From Promethearchaeota archaeon (GTDB taxonomy: Archaea > Asgardarchaeota > Lokiarchaeia > Sigyniarchaeales > SOKP01), in assembly GCA_016840085.1 (NCBI GenBank), contig JAEOTA010000004.1, positions 64,001 to 128,000 of the forward strand: a stretch of DNA of 64,000 nucleotides, read 5' to 3'. This document shows, piece after piece, positions 47,803 through 57,432 of this stretch. The notes beneath the pieces are model-generated. The model was not told the DNA's origin. It worked only from the letters and a program-made list of their open reading frames with translations, and ran no database searches. The first letter of the stretch is position 1, and each line of letters starts with the position of its first letter. Made by a program: the position numbers and the translations under genes.

Positions 47803-48393
47803 ATGCTAGATAACAGATTTATTTCAAAAGTAAGGAAATTTGCTATTGAAAATTCTGAAAAAGATGATATTCATGGATTTAAACATGTTGAACGAGTTTA
47901 TGATATATGTATTAAAATAGGAAAAAAATTAAATGCTAACATAGATTTACTGAAAATTTCTGTTCTTCTTCACGATATTGGTAGAATAGATGAAAAAAAA
48001 GATAATTTAAAAAGAAATCATGCAGAAATTTCCGCTGAAAAAGCTTTTAAATTCCTTACTTCTCAGGATTTTAATATTTCCATGGATGAAATTGATAAGA
48101 TTATTCATTGTATAAAAGCTCATTCTTTCTCAAATAATTTAGTTCCAGAAACACTTGAAGCAAAAATTTTATCAGATGCTGATAAATTAGATGCCCTTGG
48201 AGCCATAGGCTTATACAGAACTATTGGATTTACAATCAAAAACAAAGGTGGTCTTGATCAAGTTATTGAACATTTAGAAAACAAAATTCTAAAACTAAAA
48301 AACCAATTGTATTTAGATATTTCAAAAAAAATAGCTGAAGAACGCGAACTAATTATTTATGATTTTTATAAAAAAATATTAAAACAGAAATAA
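47803..48393 (+). CDS. HD-domain phosphohydrolase
   Basis: HGFKHVERV, LLHDIG, HAEIS, DADKLDALG. Confidence 0.9.
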   Translation: MLDNRFISKVRKFAIENSEKDDIHGFKHVERVYDICIKIGKKLNANIDLLKISVLLHDIGRIDEKKDNLKRNHAEISAEKAFKFLTSQDFNISMDEIDKIIHCIKAHSFSNNLVPETLEAKILSDADKLDALGAIGLYRTIGFTIKNKGGLDQVIEHLENKILKLKNQLYLDISKKIAEERELIIYDFYKKILKQK

Positions 48394-48576
48394 ATTTCAT
48401 AGAAAAAAATGTAAATTCAGACTAATTGATGAAATTTTTCAGCATAAATAATAATCTCTTTTATAATTTGAAAGTTTTTATCCTCTCCATGAATTAAAAA
48501 TAATTTTTAAAAATACAAATAGTGATAACATAGAGACTTTGTTTAAATTAATGTCTTCACATAGAATCAGAAATAA

Positions 48577-49185
48577 TCATATAATCATATATTCTACAAT
48601 AAGATCTAAAAGATTTTCCATAATTTCAGGGAACTTTTTCCTTCCAATATATTCTATAGTCTCATCATCTAATCCAATTGTAAATATAGATTTTAATATA
48701 CCTGCTAAAATTTCAGGATCTTTATTAATCATAATGTCCTGTTTTTGCCACATTTTAATAAGTTGGGGAAGATATTCATATGTTTGTAGTTTTTGTTGTA
48801 ATATCGGATTATTATATAATTTTCTAATAAGATATTCTCTTATATTTTTATCAGCTATTTGTTGTATGATTGGATTATCTTTTGGCGCTTGTATATGAAA
48901 TTTCAAAAATTTTTTAAAAGTCTCTTTTGGACTAGTTTTCATTTTTTGTAAAAGATACTGCATTTCATTGATAAATTTTTTTTCTGCTTGATCGAGTACA
49001 TCTAAAAAAAGTTCTTCTTTAGAATTATAAAAGGAGTAGAAAGAACCTTTTGAGATCCCTACAGCATTCGTTAGATCTTCAACATTTGTCCTTTTTAATC
49101 CATATGATCCAAAAAATTCTGCACCTTTTTCAATTAGACTATTTCTTATGATCTTTTTCTCTTCAGTCGTAAAAGCTTTTGGCAT
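48577..49185 (-). CDS. TetR/AcrR family regulator
   Basis: GLKRTNVEDLTNAVGISKGSFYSFYNSKEELF; start placed at MPKAFT. Confidence 0.88.
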   Translation of the reverse strand: MPKAFTTEEKKIIRNSLIEKGAEFFGSYGLKRTNVEDLTNAVGISKGSFYSFYNSKEELFLDVLDQAEKKFINEMQYLLQKMKTSPKETFKKFLKFHIQAPKDNPIIQQIADKNIREYLIRKLYNNPILQQKLQTYEYLPQLIKMWQKQDIMINKDPEILAGILKSIFTIGLDDETIEYIGRKKFPEIMENLLDLIVEYMII

Positions 49186-49221
49186 TATAATAATAATAAG
49201 GATTTTCAAACTTAAAAATTT

Positions 49222-49270
49222 ATGACTAAATGACCTAATGACTCACTGACCCAAACATTTAAATAGTCAT
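49222..49270. promoter_or_regulatory. four tandem 8-mers (A/C)TGACNNA plus an inverted TAGTCAT, putative operator
   Basis: ATGACTAA ATGACCTA ATGACTCA CTGACCCA at 49222-49253; TATA TTTAAATA 49258-49265; in the TetR/SDR divergent promoter. Confidence 0.6.
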
Positions 49271-49312
49271 ATAAATTATAATATCTTAACAAAAAGAAAA
49301 AGTGATAATTAA

Positions 49313-50599
49313 GTGTTTATTGAAAAATTAGGTTTAGCAAGGAATTCACTTTCTAATAAAGTTGCGGTTATTACAGGAGCAGGTAGAGGAATTGGCAAAG
49401 AACTTGCAAGAGCTTTAGCTTGGTTGGGAGCAAAAGTAGTTATTGCTGAAATTAATAATTATGGTAAAGATGTTGAAACTTTAATTCGGTCAGAAGGTGG
49501 AACTGCTTTATTTGTAAAAACTGACATTTCTAATGAAGAAGATATCAAGTTTTTAGAGAAAAAAGTTATTGAATCTTATGGAAAAGTAGATATTCTGATC
49601 AATAACGCCTACGCTACTTCAGTGGGTACTCTATTGGAAATTTCAATAGAAGATTGGGATAAAATATATAATGTAAATATTCGAGGCGCTGTTTATGCAA
49701 TCAAAACTTTTTTACCCTATATGATTAAACAAAATGAAGGAGTAATCAACACTCTTACCTCTGCGGAAGGATGGCCATATATGGCACCTTATTTTGCTAC
49801 TAAAACTGCTCTAACATCAATTGCTAGATCTTTAGCGGCCGAATTAGATGATATAAATATTTCTGTATTTGTATTTGGTCCTGGAATGATTGATACACCG
49901 GGATTACAGGAGTATAGTCGTATTTTAGCACCAAAATATGGTATGACTGAGGAAGAATTTAAAAATCAAGGAATTAACCCAGGATATGATGGATTAATGC
50001 CAGCAGATCATTGTGCAGCAGGCTGGGCATATACCATAGTACATGCTAAAGAATATCATGGACAAATAGCTGAACCATTCTCTCCTCTCTTAAAATTGGG
50101 ACTAATTAAGACTAAAAATAATGAAGTTACTTTTAAAAAAAGAATAATAAAAACTCAAGATGAATTGAATAGTTATATCTCAGAAACTATTGGAAATTCA
50201 AAAATTGCACTTAAAATTGTAGAAAAACTTCAACAAGAAACAATTGAATTAGGTTTGTTAGCAAGAAAATGGATGAATCGCACTTTTGCAAATAGATGTG
50301 GAATGAAAATTAATAAATGCGTTGAAATAATATCGGAACTTAACAATGAACTACAAAAATTACCAAATAATGTGCACAATAACAAAATTGATAATTCATT
50401 GCCCGTATTAAAAAAAATGTCTTGGTTTATTCAAGTATTAAAAAATCTAGCAAGTCACTTTCAAAATTGCAAAGATGATGCTAAGGGATGGATAAAAGAT
50501 CCTGAAGAATTAAAAATTGCCTTAGAAGCACTGGATATTAGAGAACATTCAATGCTAAATTTAATTTCGAATCTTATCCAAATTGAAAGTCAAATTTGA
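49313..50599 (+). CDS. short-chain dehydrogenase/reductase with a ~170-aa helical C-terminal extension
   Basis: TGAGRGIG, LINNA, YFATK, PGMIDT. Confidence 0.85.
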   Translation: MFIEKLGLARNSLSNKVAVITGAGRGIGKELARALAWLGAKVVIAEINNYGKDVETLIRSEGGTALFVKTDISNEEDIKFLEKKVIESYGKVDILINNAYATSVGTLLEISIEDWDKIYNVNIRGAVYAIKTFLPYMIKQNEGVINTLTSAEGWPYMAPYFATKTALTSIARSLAAELDDINISVFVFGPGMIDTPGLQEYSRILAPKYGMTEEEFKNQGINPGYDGLMPADHCAAGWAYTIVHAKEYHGQIAEPFSPLLKLGLIKTKNNEVTFKKRIIKTQDELNSYISETIGNSKIALKIVEKLQQETIELGLLARKWMNRTFANRCGMKINKCVEIISELNNELQKLPNNVHNNKIDNSLPVLKKMSWFIQVLKNLASHFQNCKDDAKGWIKDPEELKIALEALDIREHSMLNLISNLIQIESQI

Positions 50600-50777
50600 A
50601 CTTCTTTTAATTTTAATAGAATTTTTTTGCTTTTTTTTTTCGGAATATAAAGCATTTTCATATTTTTATTATTAACGGATACTTGATTTGATTTTTTACC
50701 AATAATCCTTAACTATATTGCTAAAAAAGTTAATAGAATTAATTTACTTAACTCTCAATAGAATAAGGATAATTTTA

Positions 50778-50803
50778 TACGAAATAACAGTGCTGGGGGA
50801 ATT
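50778..50803 (+). repeat. 26-bp direct repeat, copy 1
   Basis: TACGAAATAACAGTGCTGGGGGAATT; 23/26 identical to copy 2. Confidence 0.7.
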
Positions 50804-50896
50804 TTAATCAGATCTAAAAGGAAAATATGAATTAAAAGCTGATCTTTTTGATCTATTAGTTTATAATAAAATTTAATCTAAAAATTGGGTAAAAAT

Positions 50897-51364
50897 ATGC
50901 CACAAATTGTAAAGGGAGGAAAATACTTATTTGGATGGTCAAGAGTGGGAAATCAAGGTAAAATTAAAATTCCTCCCGAAGCTTATGAGGAGTATAATTT
51001 AAAAAAGGATAAATATGCCATCTTATTTTCAGGTAGCAAAACTTCAGGTGGATTTGGGTTAAGTTCTGTGAGGATTTTAAAAAATTCTAATTTGAAAGAA
51101 TTAATTGACAAAAATACTTTATTAGCTAATTATAAGATACCTAAGGGAGAAGTCATCGAATTAAAAAATAAAAAGTACTGTTGGTTAAAAATCTATGAAG
51201 ATAAAAGTATAACTCTGCCAGATAGAGCTTTAAAGGCTTTTGGAATAAAAGAAAATGATAGTTTGCTTTCTGGAAGAGGTAGTCATTTAGCTATAGGATT
51301 TATCGCAAAAGGTCCCATTTTTAATGAAGCGAAGAATCATCCTGAAATTGAAATTTTTGAATAA
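50897..51364 (+). CDS. AbrB/SpoVT-like duplicated swapped-hairpin protein
   Basis: WSRVGNQGKIKIPPEAYEEY and ITLP.RAL..FGI repeats; start placed at MPQIVKGG. Confidence 0.6.
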   Translation: MPQIVKGGKYLFGWSRVGNQGKIKIPPEAYEEYNLKKDKYAILFSGSKTSGGFGLSSVRILKNSNLKELIDKNTLLANYKIPKGEVIELKNKKYCWLKIYEDKSITLPDRALKAFGIKENDSLLSGRGSHLAIGFIAKGPIFNEAKNHPEIEIFE

Positions 51365-51387
51365 AGATAGGCAATACATTTAAATAG

Positions 51388-51443
51388 TATGATTCGTATG
51401 ATCATATTAATATGATCATACTAATATGATCATACCAATATGA
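51388..51443. promoter_or_regulatory. array of three perfect TATGATCATA palindromes at 14-bp period plus half-sites
   Basis: Copies at 51397, 51411 and 51425, between a TTTAAATA box and the AbrB gene start. Confidence 0.75.
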
Positions 51444-51453
51444 ATTATGAAAG

Positions 51454-51912
51454 GTGATTAAAATAACTGAATTTCCTGGTAAAAAAGGAAACTACTTTTT
51501 TGGCTCAGTAAAGGTTGGTGAACGAGGTCAAATTGTTATTCCCCTTAAAGCAAGAGAAATCTTTGGAATTGAAGCTAAAGATGACGTATATATTTTTGGG
51601 GAATTAAATAAAGGTTTAGGTCTTACTAAAAGTTTAAAAATTGATACAAAAGAACTAGAGAAACATGAATATTATTTTGGTACTGCTAAAGTCGGTGAGA
51701 AAGGACAGATTGTCATTCCACAAGATGCTCGAGAGACTTTTAAAATAAACTTTGGAGATTTAATCCTCGTATTTGGAGATATTGAAAAAGGACTTGGCTT
51801 TATGAAATCAACCAAATTGAAAAATTTTGCTGTCAAACTGTTTCAAGCATTTGGAGGAGGTTTACAGGATATTCAGGAAAATAATAGAGGTGATATAAAT
51901 GAAGAAGAATAA
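51454..51912 (+). CDS. tandem AbrB/MazE/SpoVT DNA-binding protein
   Basis: Two copies of YFG..KVGE.GQIVIP..ARE.F.I..GD. Confidence 0.88.
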   Translation: MIKITEFPGKKGNYFFGSVKVGERGQIVIPLKAREIFGIEAKDDVYIFGELNKGLGLTKSLKIDTKELEKHEYYFGTAKVGEKGQIVIPQDARETFKINFGDLILVFGDIEKGLGFMKSTKLKNFAVKLFQAFGGGLQDIQENNRGDINEEE

Positions 51913-52432
51913 AAAACAATCAAATATCGATTTTAGGTTTATGTCATTTTTCTTTAAAATTCGTGATAAGTTTCACCCTCCTATAAATAAGATTAGAAAC
52001 GCTAATATTAGAGATGGAGAAATAGTTTTAGATTATGGGTGTGGATCAGGAAGCTATACAATTGCTACTGCACAGAATATAGGATCAAGTGGTAAGATCA
52101 TTGCTGCAGATATTCATCCATTAGCATTAAAAAAGATTAGAAAAAAGGCAGAGAAAATGGGTTATATTAATATTGAGACAATTCAAACAGATTGTGCTAC
52201 GGGATTAGATGATGAGAGCATCGATAAAATAATTTGTTTTGATGTACTTCATAATATTCCTAATAAAAATAAAATATTAAAGGAGTTTCATAGAGTATTA
52301 AAGCCAAATGCGATGCTCTCTTTTGATGATCATCATATGAATGAAGAGGAGATTAAAGAGTTCATAACTTCTAAAGGGCTCTTCGAATTATCTGAGAAGA
52401 AAGATAAACAGTATAATTTTATTAAAACATAG
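51899..52432 (+). CDS. class I SAM-dependent methyltransferase
   Basis: VLDYGCGSG, ADIH, EFHRVLKP. Confidence 0.88.
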   Translation: MKKNKKQSNIDFRFMSFFFKIRDKFHPPINKIRNANIRDGEIVLDYGCGSGSYTIATAQNIGSSGKIIAADIHPLALKKIRKKAEKMGYINIETIQTDCATGLDDESIDKIICFDVLHNIPNKNKILKEFHRVLKPNAMLSFDDHHMNEEEIKEFITSKGLFELSEKKDKQYNFIKT

Positions 52433-52616
52433 TTGCATAAAAGATATAGAACAAATTTCTGAATATGGATTAAAACTGAAGTATTAAATTGAGTTTTTAT
52501 CTCTTTTTTTTATGATACTTTATAATTTTTTAGTTTTGATTCAACTCTTGGAATCTGAAAAACAATTGTAGAAAAATATACGAATAATTTAAGGAATTTT
52601 TTTCTTTTTGATAATT

Positions 52617-52642
52617 TACGAAATCACAGTGCTTAGGGAATT
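52617..52642 (+). repeat. 26-bp direct repeat, copy 2
   Basis: TACGAAATCACAGTGCTTAGGGAATT. Confidence 0.7.
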
Positions 52643-52674
52643 GTGAGTAAGAATAAATCCGAATGAATAATAAT

Positions 52675-53556
52675 TTATCTTGATATTCTTTCAACATTAA
52701 ATATAGCATATACCATCTCCTTCACAAATTCGTATGTTTCAGCCCATAGAAAAAAAATCTTATCTCCTATTGGTAAAATAACCGATTTTGTTAATTCTTG
52801 GAAATCTTTTGTATTCTCCCATAAAAATTCTGTTTTAAATGAGTGATACATGTTATCATAAAATTCAATTTTACTATCTGAAATTTTGAGATCTTTAACA
52901 CCAATATCTTTATTTAATACTTGCTCTTTTCCAATTCTTTTTAGTAAATTGATAATGAAATTTAGAGTATCTATATCTTTTTCTACTATATGATCAAATT
53001 TTATAATTATAAATCCGCAATCTTTTACAAATTTAGCATTGGGTATTAGAAGTGCACAATCATAAATGTCAAACATATAATTCATTCTACTTTTTTCTAT
53101 GGTGTGTTCAATTACTTTCCATCCTTTATCCATCAAGGGTTTAAAATAAGGTTGAAGAAACTCATCAATATCTTTAAAAGAGTATTCCATACTCTCCAAA
53201 TATACACTTTCTAATTTATTTGCTAAATTAGATCTTATATCTTCAATTATTTTAAGTTCCTTTTTTTTCTTCCTTATTGTTTCATCAATAAATACGGATG
53301 GACTTGTAGCTACAAAAATCTTAGCTTTTTTTGGTGCATCAGATTTTTCAGCTATTTTTACGCATTTTTTCTCAATTAATCTATTTAAAATTGAATAAAT
53401 TGTGGTTCGTTTCAATGGAATATGATAAACTAAGTCTTTTACATAAGTGCCTTTTTTGCCATGACGTGTAAGTGTAAAATAGACTAAACTTTCATCATCT
53501 GTTAAACCAATTTTCTTTAATCCTTCAATATATTCTTCCGTTATTTTATCTATCAT
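52675..53556 (-). CDS. TrmB-like HTH regulator (paralog of 45314..46348)
   Basis: GLTDDESLVYFTL, KRTTIYSIL.RL; shared QPY..PL..KGW and FFLWAE.YE motifs. Confidence 0.75.
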   Translation of the reverse strand: MIDKITEEYIEGLKKIGLTDDESLVYFTLTRHGKKGTYVKDLVYHIPLKRTTIYSILNRLIEKKCVKIAEKSDAPKKAKIFVATSPSVFIDETIRKKKKELKIIEDIRSNLANKLESVYLESMEYSFKDIDEFLQPYFKPLMDKGWKVIEHTIEKSRMNYMFDIYDCALLIPNAKFVKDCGFIIIKFDHIVEKDIDTLNFIINLLKRIGKEQVLNKDIGVKDLKISDSKIEFYDNMYHSFKTEFLWENTKDFQELTKSVILPIGDKIFFLWAETYEFVKEMVYAIFNVERISR

Positions 53557-53684
53557 TAATAATTATATTGTATTAATTATTTAAAAATCTGACGGAAGGT
53601 CATGACACAATAACATTTATAAAGTCATAACACTTAGTCACATTAATAAAATAATAATCAAAAATTAAATAAAGATAAAGAAAA

Positions 53685-54458
53685 ATGAATAAAGAAGAAC
53701 CTAAGTATGGATGGTATGTGAAGAATCTAATTATTGGATTCAATATTGTAGGATTATTAGGGTTGTCTGCATTTGTTTACGGATTTTTAATAGATGGTGT
53801 CGTAAAAATAATTCTAATAATTTCAGGATTAGGTGTTATTTTAGTATTTTTATGGCCAGGTATTGGAATGATAATAATGCATCTACTTTTATTGAGAAAA
53901 ATGCCAAAAATAGATTTAATGGCTAGAATGAAAGCATTAGATGAAATTGATAATCCACAGATTTTAGACGTAGGATGTGGAACTGGAAGAACCGCAATTA
54001 GGATTGCTAAAGCATTAATGAATGGAGGACATTTATTTGGAATTGATATTTATTCGAAATTAGCAATTCCGGGAAACTCTTTAGATACTGTACAAAATAA
54101 TGCTATAATTGAAAAAGTCGAAGACAAAACTACGTTTCAGTATGGATCTGCTACAGATATCCCATTCGAAGAAAATAGATTTGATATTGTTAATGCTTCT
54201 TCAGTACTTCATGAAGTGCATGACCCAAACGGTCAAGATAAAGCAATGCAAGAGCTTTATCGTGTTTTAAAACCGGAGGGATATCTGTACTTAAGCGAGT
54301 GGAACCGAACATCTTGGCAATGTATAGCATTTTGTGGGTTATGTTGTTATGCTTTTAAGAAGAAAGAATATTGGGATAAACTACTGAAAGAAAATAATTT
54401 GAAAGATATAACCTATGAGAATATCACAGGTTTCGGGATTTTTTCTGCGAGAAAATAA
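53685..54458 (+). CDS. membrane-anchored class I SAM methyltransferase
   Basis: Two N-terminal TMs, ILDVGCGTG, VLHEV, RVLKPEG. Confidence 0.85.
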   Translation: MNKEEPKYGWYVKNLIIGFNIVGLLGLSAFVYGFLIDGVVKIILIISGLGVILVFLWPGIGMIIMHLLLLRKMPKIDLMARMKALDEIDNPQILDVGCGTGRTAIRIAKALMNGGHLFGIDIYSKLAIPGNSLDTVQNNAIIEKVEDKTTFQYGSATDIPFEENRFDIVNASSVLHEVHDPNGQDKAMQELYRVLKPEGYLYLSEWNRTSWQCIAFCGLCCYAFKKKEYWDKLLKENNLKDITYENITGFGIFSARK

Positions 54459-54465
54459 ATTTTTT

Positions 54466-55008
54466 TTATCCTATTTTTTTATATTTAAAAATAATGCCTT
54501 CTTCAATCCAACTCCAATGAAACATTGGTCGTTTAAATTGCTCTTTAAATTCAAAACCAGCTTTTTTTATTTGTGCTTGGACTTTGTTTAAATGAATTCC
54601 ATAAGAACCTATATGAGTAGCAAAATAAGACAGAATCCCATAATTGCTCTTTAAAACTCGATATATCTCGTCCAATAATTTAATTCGATCGTCCTTGTCA
54701 AGTAAATGATAAACATCATACATTAATACTACATCTAGAGAATTGGATTTCAATGGAATCGATATTTTTTTCGAAGTTTTTATGATTTCAATATTCTTAA
54801 TATTTTGAGTTTTAATTTTGTCAGACAATTCCTCTAAAGGATCTTCATCATAATCAAGAGCATAAATTTTACCAGTATTTCCTACAATTCGTGAAGCAAT
54901 TACTGAATATACCCCTGTTCCACATCCAAAATCTAAGATTTTTTGTCCACTTTTTATACCAAACTCTCTAAGTATAATTTCTCCCTTTGAATTTAGCCAT
55001 TCTTCCAT
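54466..55008 (-). CDS. class I SAM-dependent methyltransferase
   Basis: ILDFGCGTG, ALD, EIYRVLK. Confidence 0.85.
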   Translation of the reverse strand: MEEWLNSKGEIILREFGIKSGQKILDFGCGTGVYSVIASRIVGNTGKIYALDYDEDPLEELSDKIKTQNIKNIEIIKTSKKISIPLKSNSLDVVLMYDVYHLLDKDDRIKLLDEIYRVLKSNYGILSYFATHIGSYGIHLNKVQAQIKKAGFEFKEQFKRPMFHWSWIEEGIIFKYKKIG

Positions 55009-55103
55009 GTTTATTTCTACTTTTTATTATTTATTAAAACAAGGGTTATACCAAATTTCTATAATAAAAAAAAATTAATATATATTTAAATACATTACAA
55101 ACA

Positions 55104-55817
55104 GTGGAAAAAATGCTAAAAGATATTGTTGGAGTGTACTTTGATCTTTTTGGTACATTAATCGATTCATATCATACTCTGACTATTATTTGGTCTCGAA
55201 TTGCTAAGAGGCTAGGTACAGACATTACTCCTGAAGACCCACGTATATGGGAAGGTATATTGAGACAAATTAAAGAAGCAAAACGATTAACTAAACCTTG
55301 GGTGGTTCTGTCTAGTAAGGAAATGCACAAATTAAACATTAATGTTCTGGATGCTATGGGAGTCGATCGAAAGGCATCAAAAGTGATAATCGCCGGAGAA
55401 TTTGAACGTGAATTTCGCAATGGTACGACCTTTCGCTTAAATCCAGGGTGTAAAAAAACATTGGAGAAAATTTATAATTTGAATATGAAAACTGGAGTTC
55501 TCACAAACGCTTCCTCTATGCTTTGTAAAGCTAGAATGGATGAATTAGGAATTATAGAATTCTTTGATCTCTTTATCCATGCTGATGAAGTTGGTTATAA
55601 TAAGTCTCATATAGAAATTTATGAAATTGCCTTGGAAGCAATGAGTACTAAGTATCCAGAGAAAGTATTACATATTGGTGATGATCCACTTATGGATGCC
55701 CTAATGGCACAAAAAGTAGGAATGACTCCAATTCTTTTAGATCCATACAATCTGCATTCATTAGATAATGTTATTAAAATTAGAAAATTACCAGAATTAT
55801 TGCTTTATCTCCAATAG
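55104..55817 (+). CDS. HAD-superfamily hydrolase
   Basis: FDLFGTL, LTN, K, HIGDD...D. Confidence 0.85.
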   Translation: MEKMLKDIVGVYFDLFGTLIDSYHTLTIIWSRIAKRLGTDITPEDPRIWEGILRQIKEAKRLTKPWVVLSSKEMHKLNINVLDAMGVDRKASKVIIAGEFEREFRNGTTFRLNPGCKKTLEKIYNLNMKTGVLTNASSMLCKARMDELGIIEFFDLFIHADEVGYNKSHIEIYEIALEAMSTKYPEKVLHIGDDPLMDALMAQKVGMTPILLDPYNLHSLDNVIKIRKLPELLLYLQ

Positions 55818-55821
55818 AACT

Positions 55822-56235
55822 CTATAATGAACCCAATGATGATATTACTTTATATTGATCTCCTGATATTTTATCTTTTATTACCTCAAAAAGTTATAGA
55901 AGCACATTGTCAGGAGCTGCTGCCATTACATACTTTAATGGACCAAAACTCTTTATTTTGTTGATAAATTGAAACCCCTTACTTTTCATGTGTGCTACTA
56001 GAACCTCTATATCGTCTGTTTCAATACCCAAATGATGAATTGATCCACGCCTTTGGTCTTTAGGTGGTTGATCATAAAAATTAATCTTTGATGATCCAAT
56101 TGCGATCATTACATTTCGAGCCCCTGCCATCTCTAAATCAAAAAGCACTTTAGCACCAAACATTTCACGATAGAATTGAATACTTTCTTCTATGTTTGAA
56201 GCAAACAGATGAGCATGATGGAGTGAAGTTTTCAT
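55822..56235 (-). pseudogene. VOC/glyoxalase family gene with in-frame premature TAA at 55894-55896
   Basis: Reads APDNVLL*LFEVIKDK..; the TAA sits where the conserved metal-binding Glu (GAA) of .PDG..IELFE is expected. Confidence 0.75.
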
Positions 56236-56287
56236 AATTCTTTCCCATTTAACTTTATTTTTATTTATAAGTTTTTATTTCTACAGG

Positions 56288-56719
56288 TTAATTCTTTTTT
56301 TTTGGTCTAATTAGGATAATATGAATAGAAACTGCGACAGCTATACAAATTAACAAAATTTGGACCCATAATAAATCCATTAGAAATAAAATTGAGATGG
56401 CAATCGTTATCCATAACAATAGCAATGTGATTACTTTAATTTTTAATGGCATTCCTTTACCTTCCTTATAATTTCTAATGTAAGATCCAAGTATCTTATT
56501 GTTTAATAGCCATCTATTAAATTTTTTTGATGATTTGGCAAAAGCAGCTGAAGCAAGTAGCAAAAAAGGCGTTGTGGGAAGGATTGGTAAAACAATGCCT
56601 ATTATTCCTAAAATTAGCGATATAAAACCTCCTAAGAAAATTAAACGCTTAACAAATCTTTTTTCCTGAACATCCTCATTTTCGTTAGCTTTTTGCTTAC
56701 TTTCTTTGTTATTTTTCAT
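56288..56719 (-). CDS. YbaN/DUF454 family inner membrane protein
   Basis: GIVLPILPTTPFLLLA...FAKSS. Confidence 0.85.
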   Translation of the reverse strand: MKNNKESKQKANENEDVQEKRFVKRLIFLGGFISLILGIIGIVLPILPTTPFLLLASAAFAKSSKKFNRWLLNNKILGSYIRNYKEGKGMPLKIKVITLLLLWITIAISILFLMDLLWVQILLICIAVAVSIHIILIRPKKKN

Positions 56720-56777
56720 TATATCAAAACATTATATTAAACTTATAAATAAATATCATGGAAGTATAGATGCCATT

Positions 56778-57203
56778 TTATTTACAATCTTCACATTCAT
56801 AATAAATATCAATACGTTGTCCTTTAGGTTTAATTCCTAAATCTGATATAATAACGTTCCATAGCTCTTTGACATTAGCAGCCTTGTAATCATATATTTT
56901 TCCACATTTAGAACATACCATATTTATATGAAGTTCCATATCTGGATCATACCTTATACTTCCTTCATTGAAACCAAGTTCTTGTACTAATCCTAATTCT
57001 TTTAATAAATGTAAGGTCTTATAAATTGTTCCTAAACTTATCGTTGGATATTCATTGCTTAACCCTTGATATATTTGTTCCGCAGATGGGTGATCCTTTC
57101 GTGATAATATAAATTTACATATTGCTAATCGTTGAGCTGTCACCTTATATCCATTTTTTCGAAAAGTTTTGATTATCTCTTGAATATCCAAATTAATCAC
57201 CAT
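56778..57203 (-). CDS. Fur family regulator, probably PerR-like
   Basis: TAQRLAI, HPSAE, TIYKTL, H.NMVCSKCG, CEDC; divergent from catalase. Confidence 0.88.
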   Translation of the reverse strand: MVINLDIQEIIKTFRKNGYKVTAQRLAICKFILSRKDHPSAEQIYQGLSNEYPTISLGTIYKTLHLLKELGLVQELGFNEGSIRYDPDMELHINMVCSKCGKIYDYKAANVKELWNVIISDLGIKPKGQRIDIYYECEDCK

Positions 57204-57289
57204 TTTAAGCGTTTTTAATATGAATTATTATGTTTTTTTAAAATACTTTTATAATAAAAGCATAAGTATTTTTAAGGATGGTAACAATT

Positions 57290-57321
57290 TTACAATGATT
57301 CTTATTTAATAATGATTCTTA
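57290..57321. promoter_or_regulatory. two Per/Fur-box-like sites
   Basis: TTACAATGATTCTTA (57290-57304) and TAATAATGATTCTTA (57307-57321) resemble the TTATAATNATTATAA Per box. Confidence 0.55.
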
Positions 57322-57432
57322 GATATTTAAATAAATACTCAATAATCTATAAGAAAAATTGTTAAATATGAATTTAATCGAATTATCATGCCAAATCAAT
57401 AAATTATTATAAAACTAAGAGTCTGAACTATA

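Noticed and set aside
51388-51443. Possible mini CRISPR array
   Set aside because: Units are 10 bp with 4-bp spacers, far too short, and there are no cas genes; better explained as an operator array.
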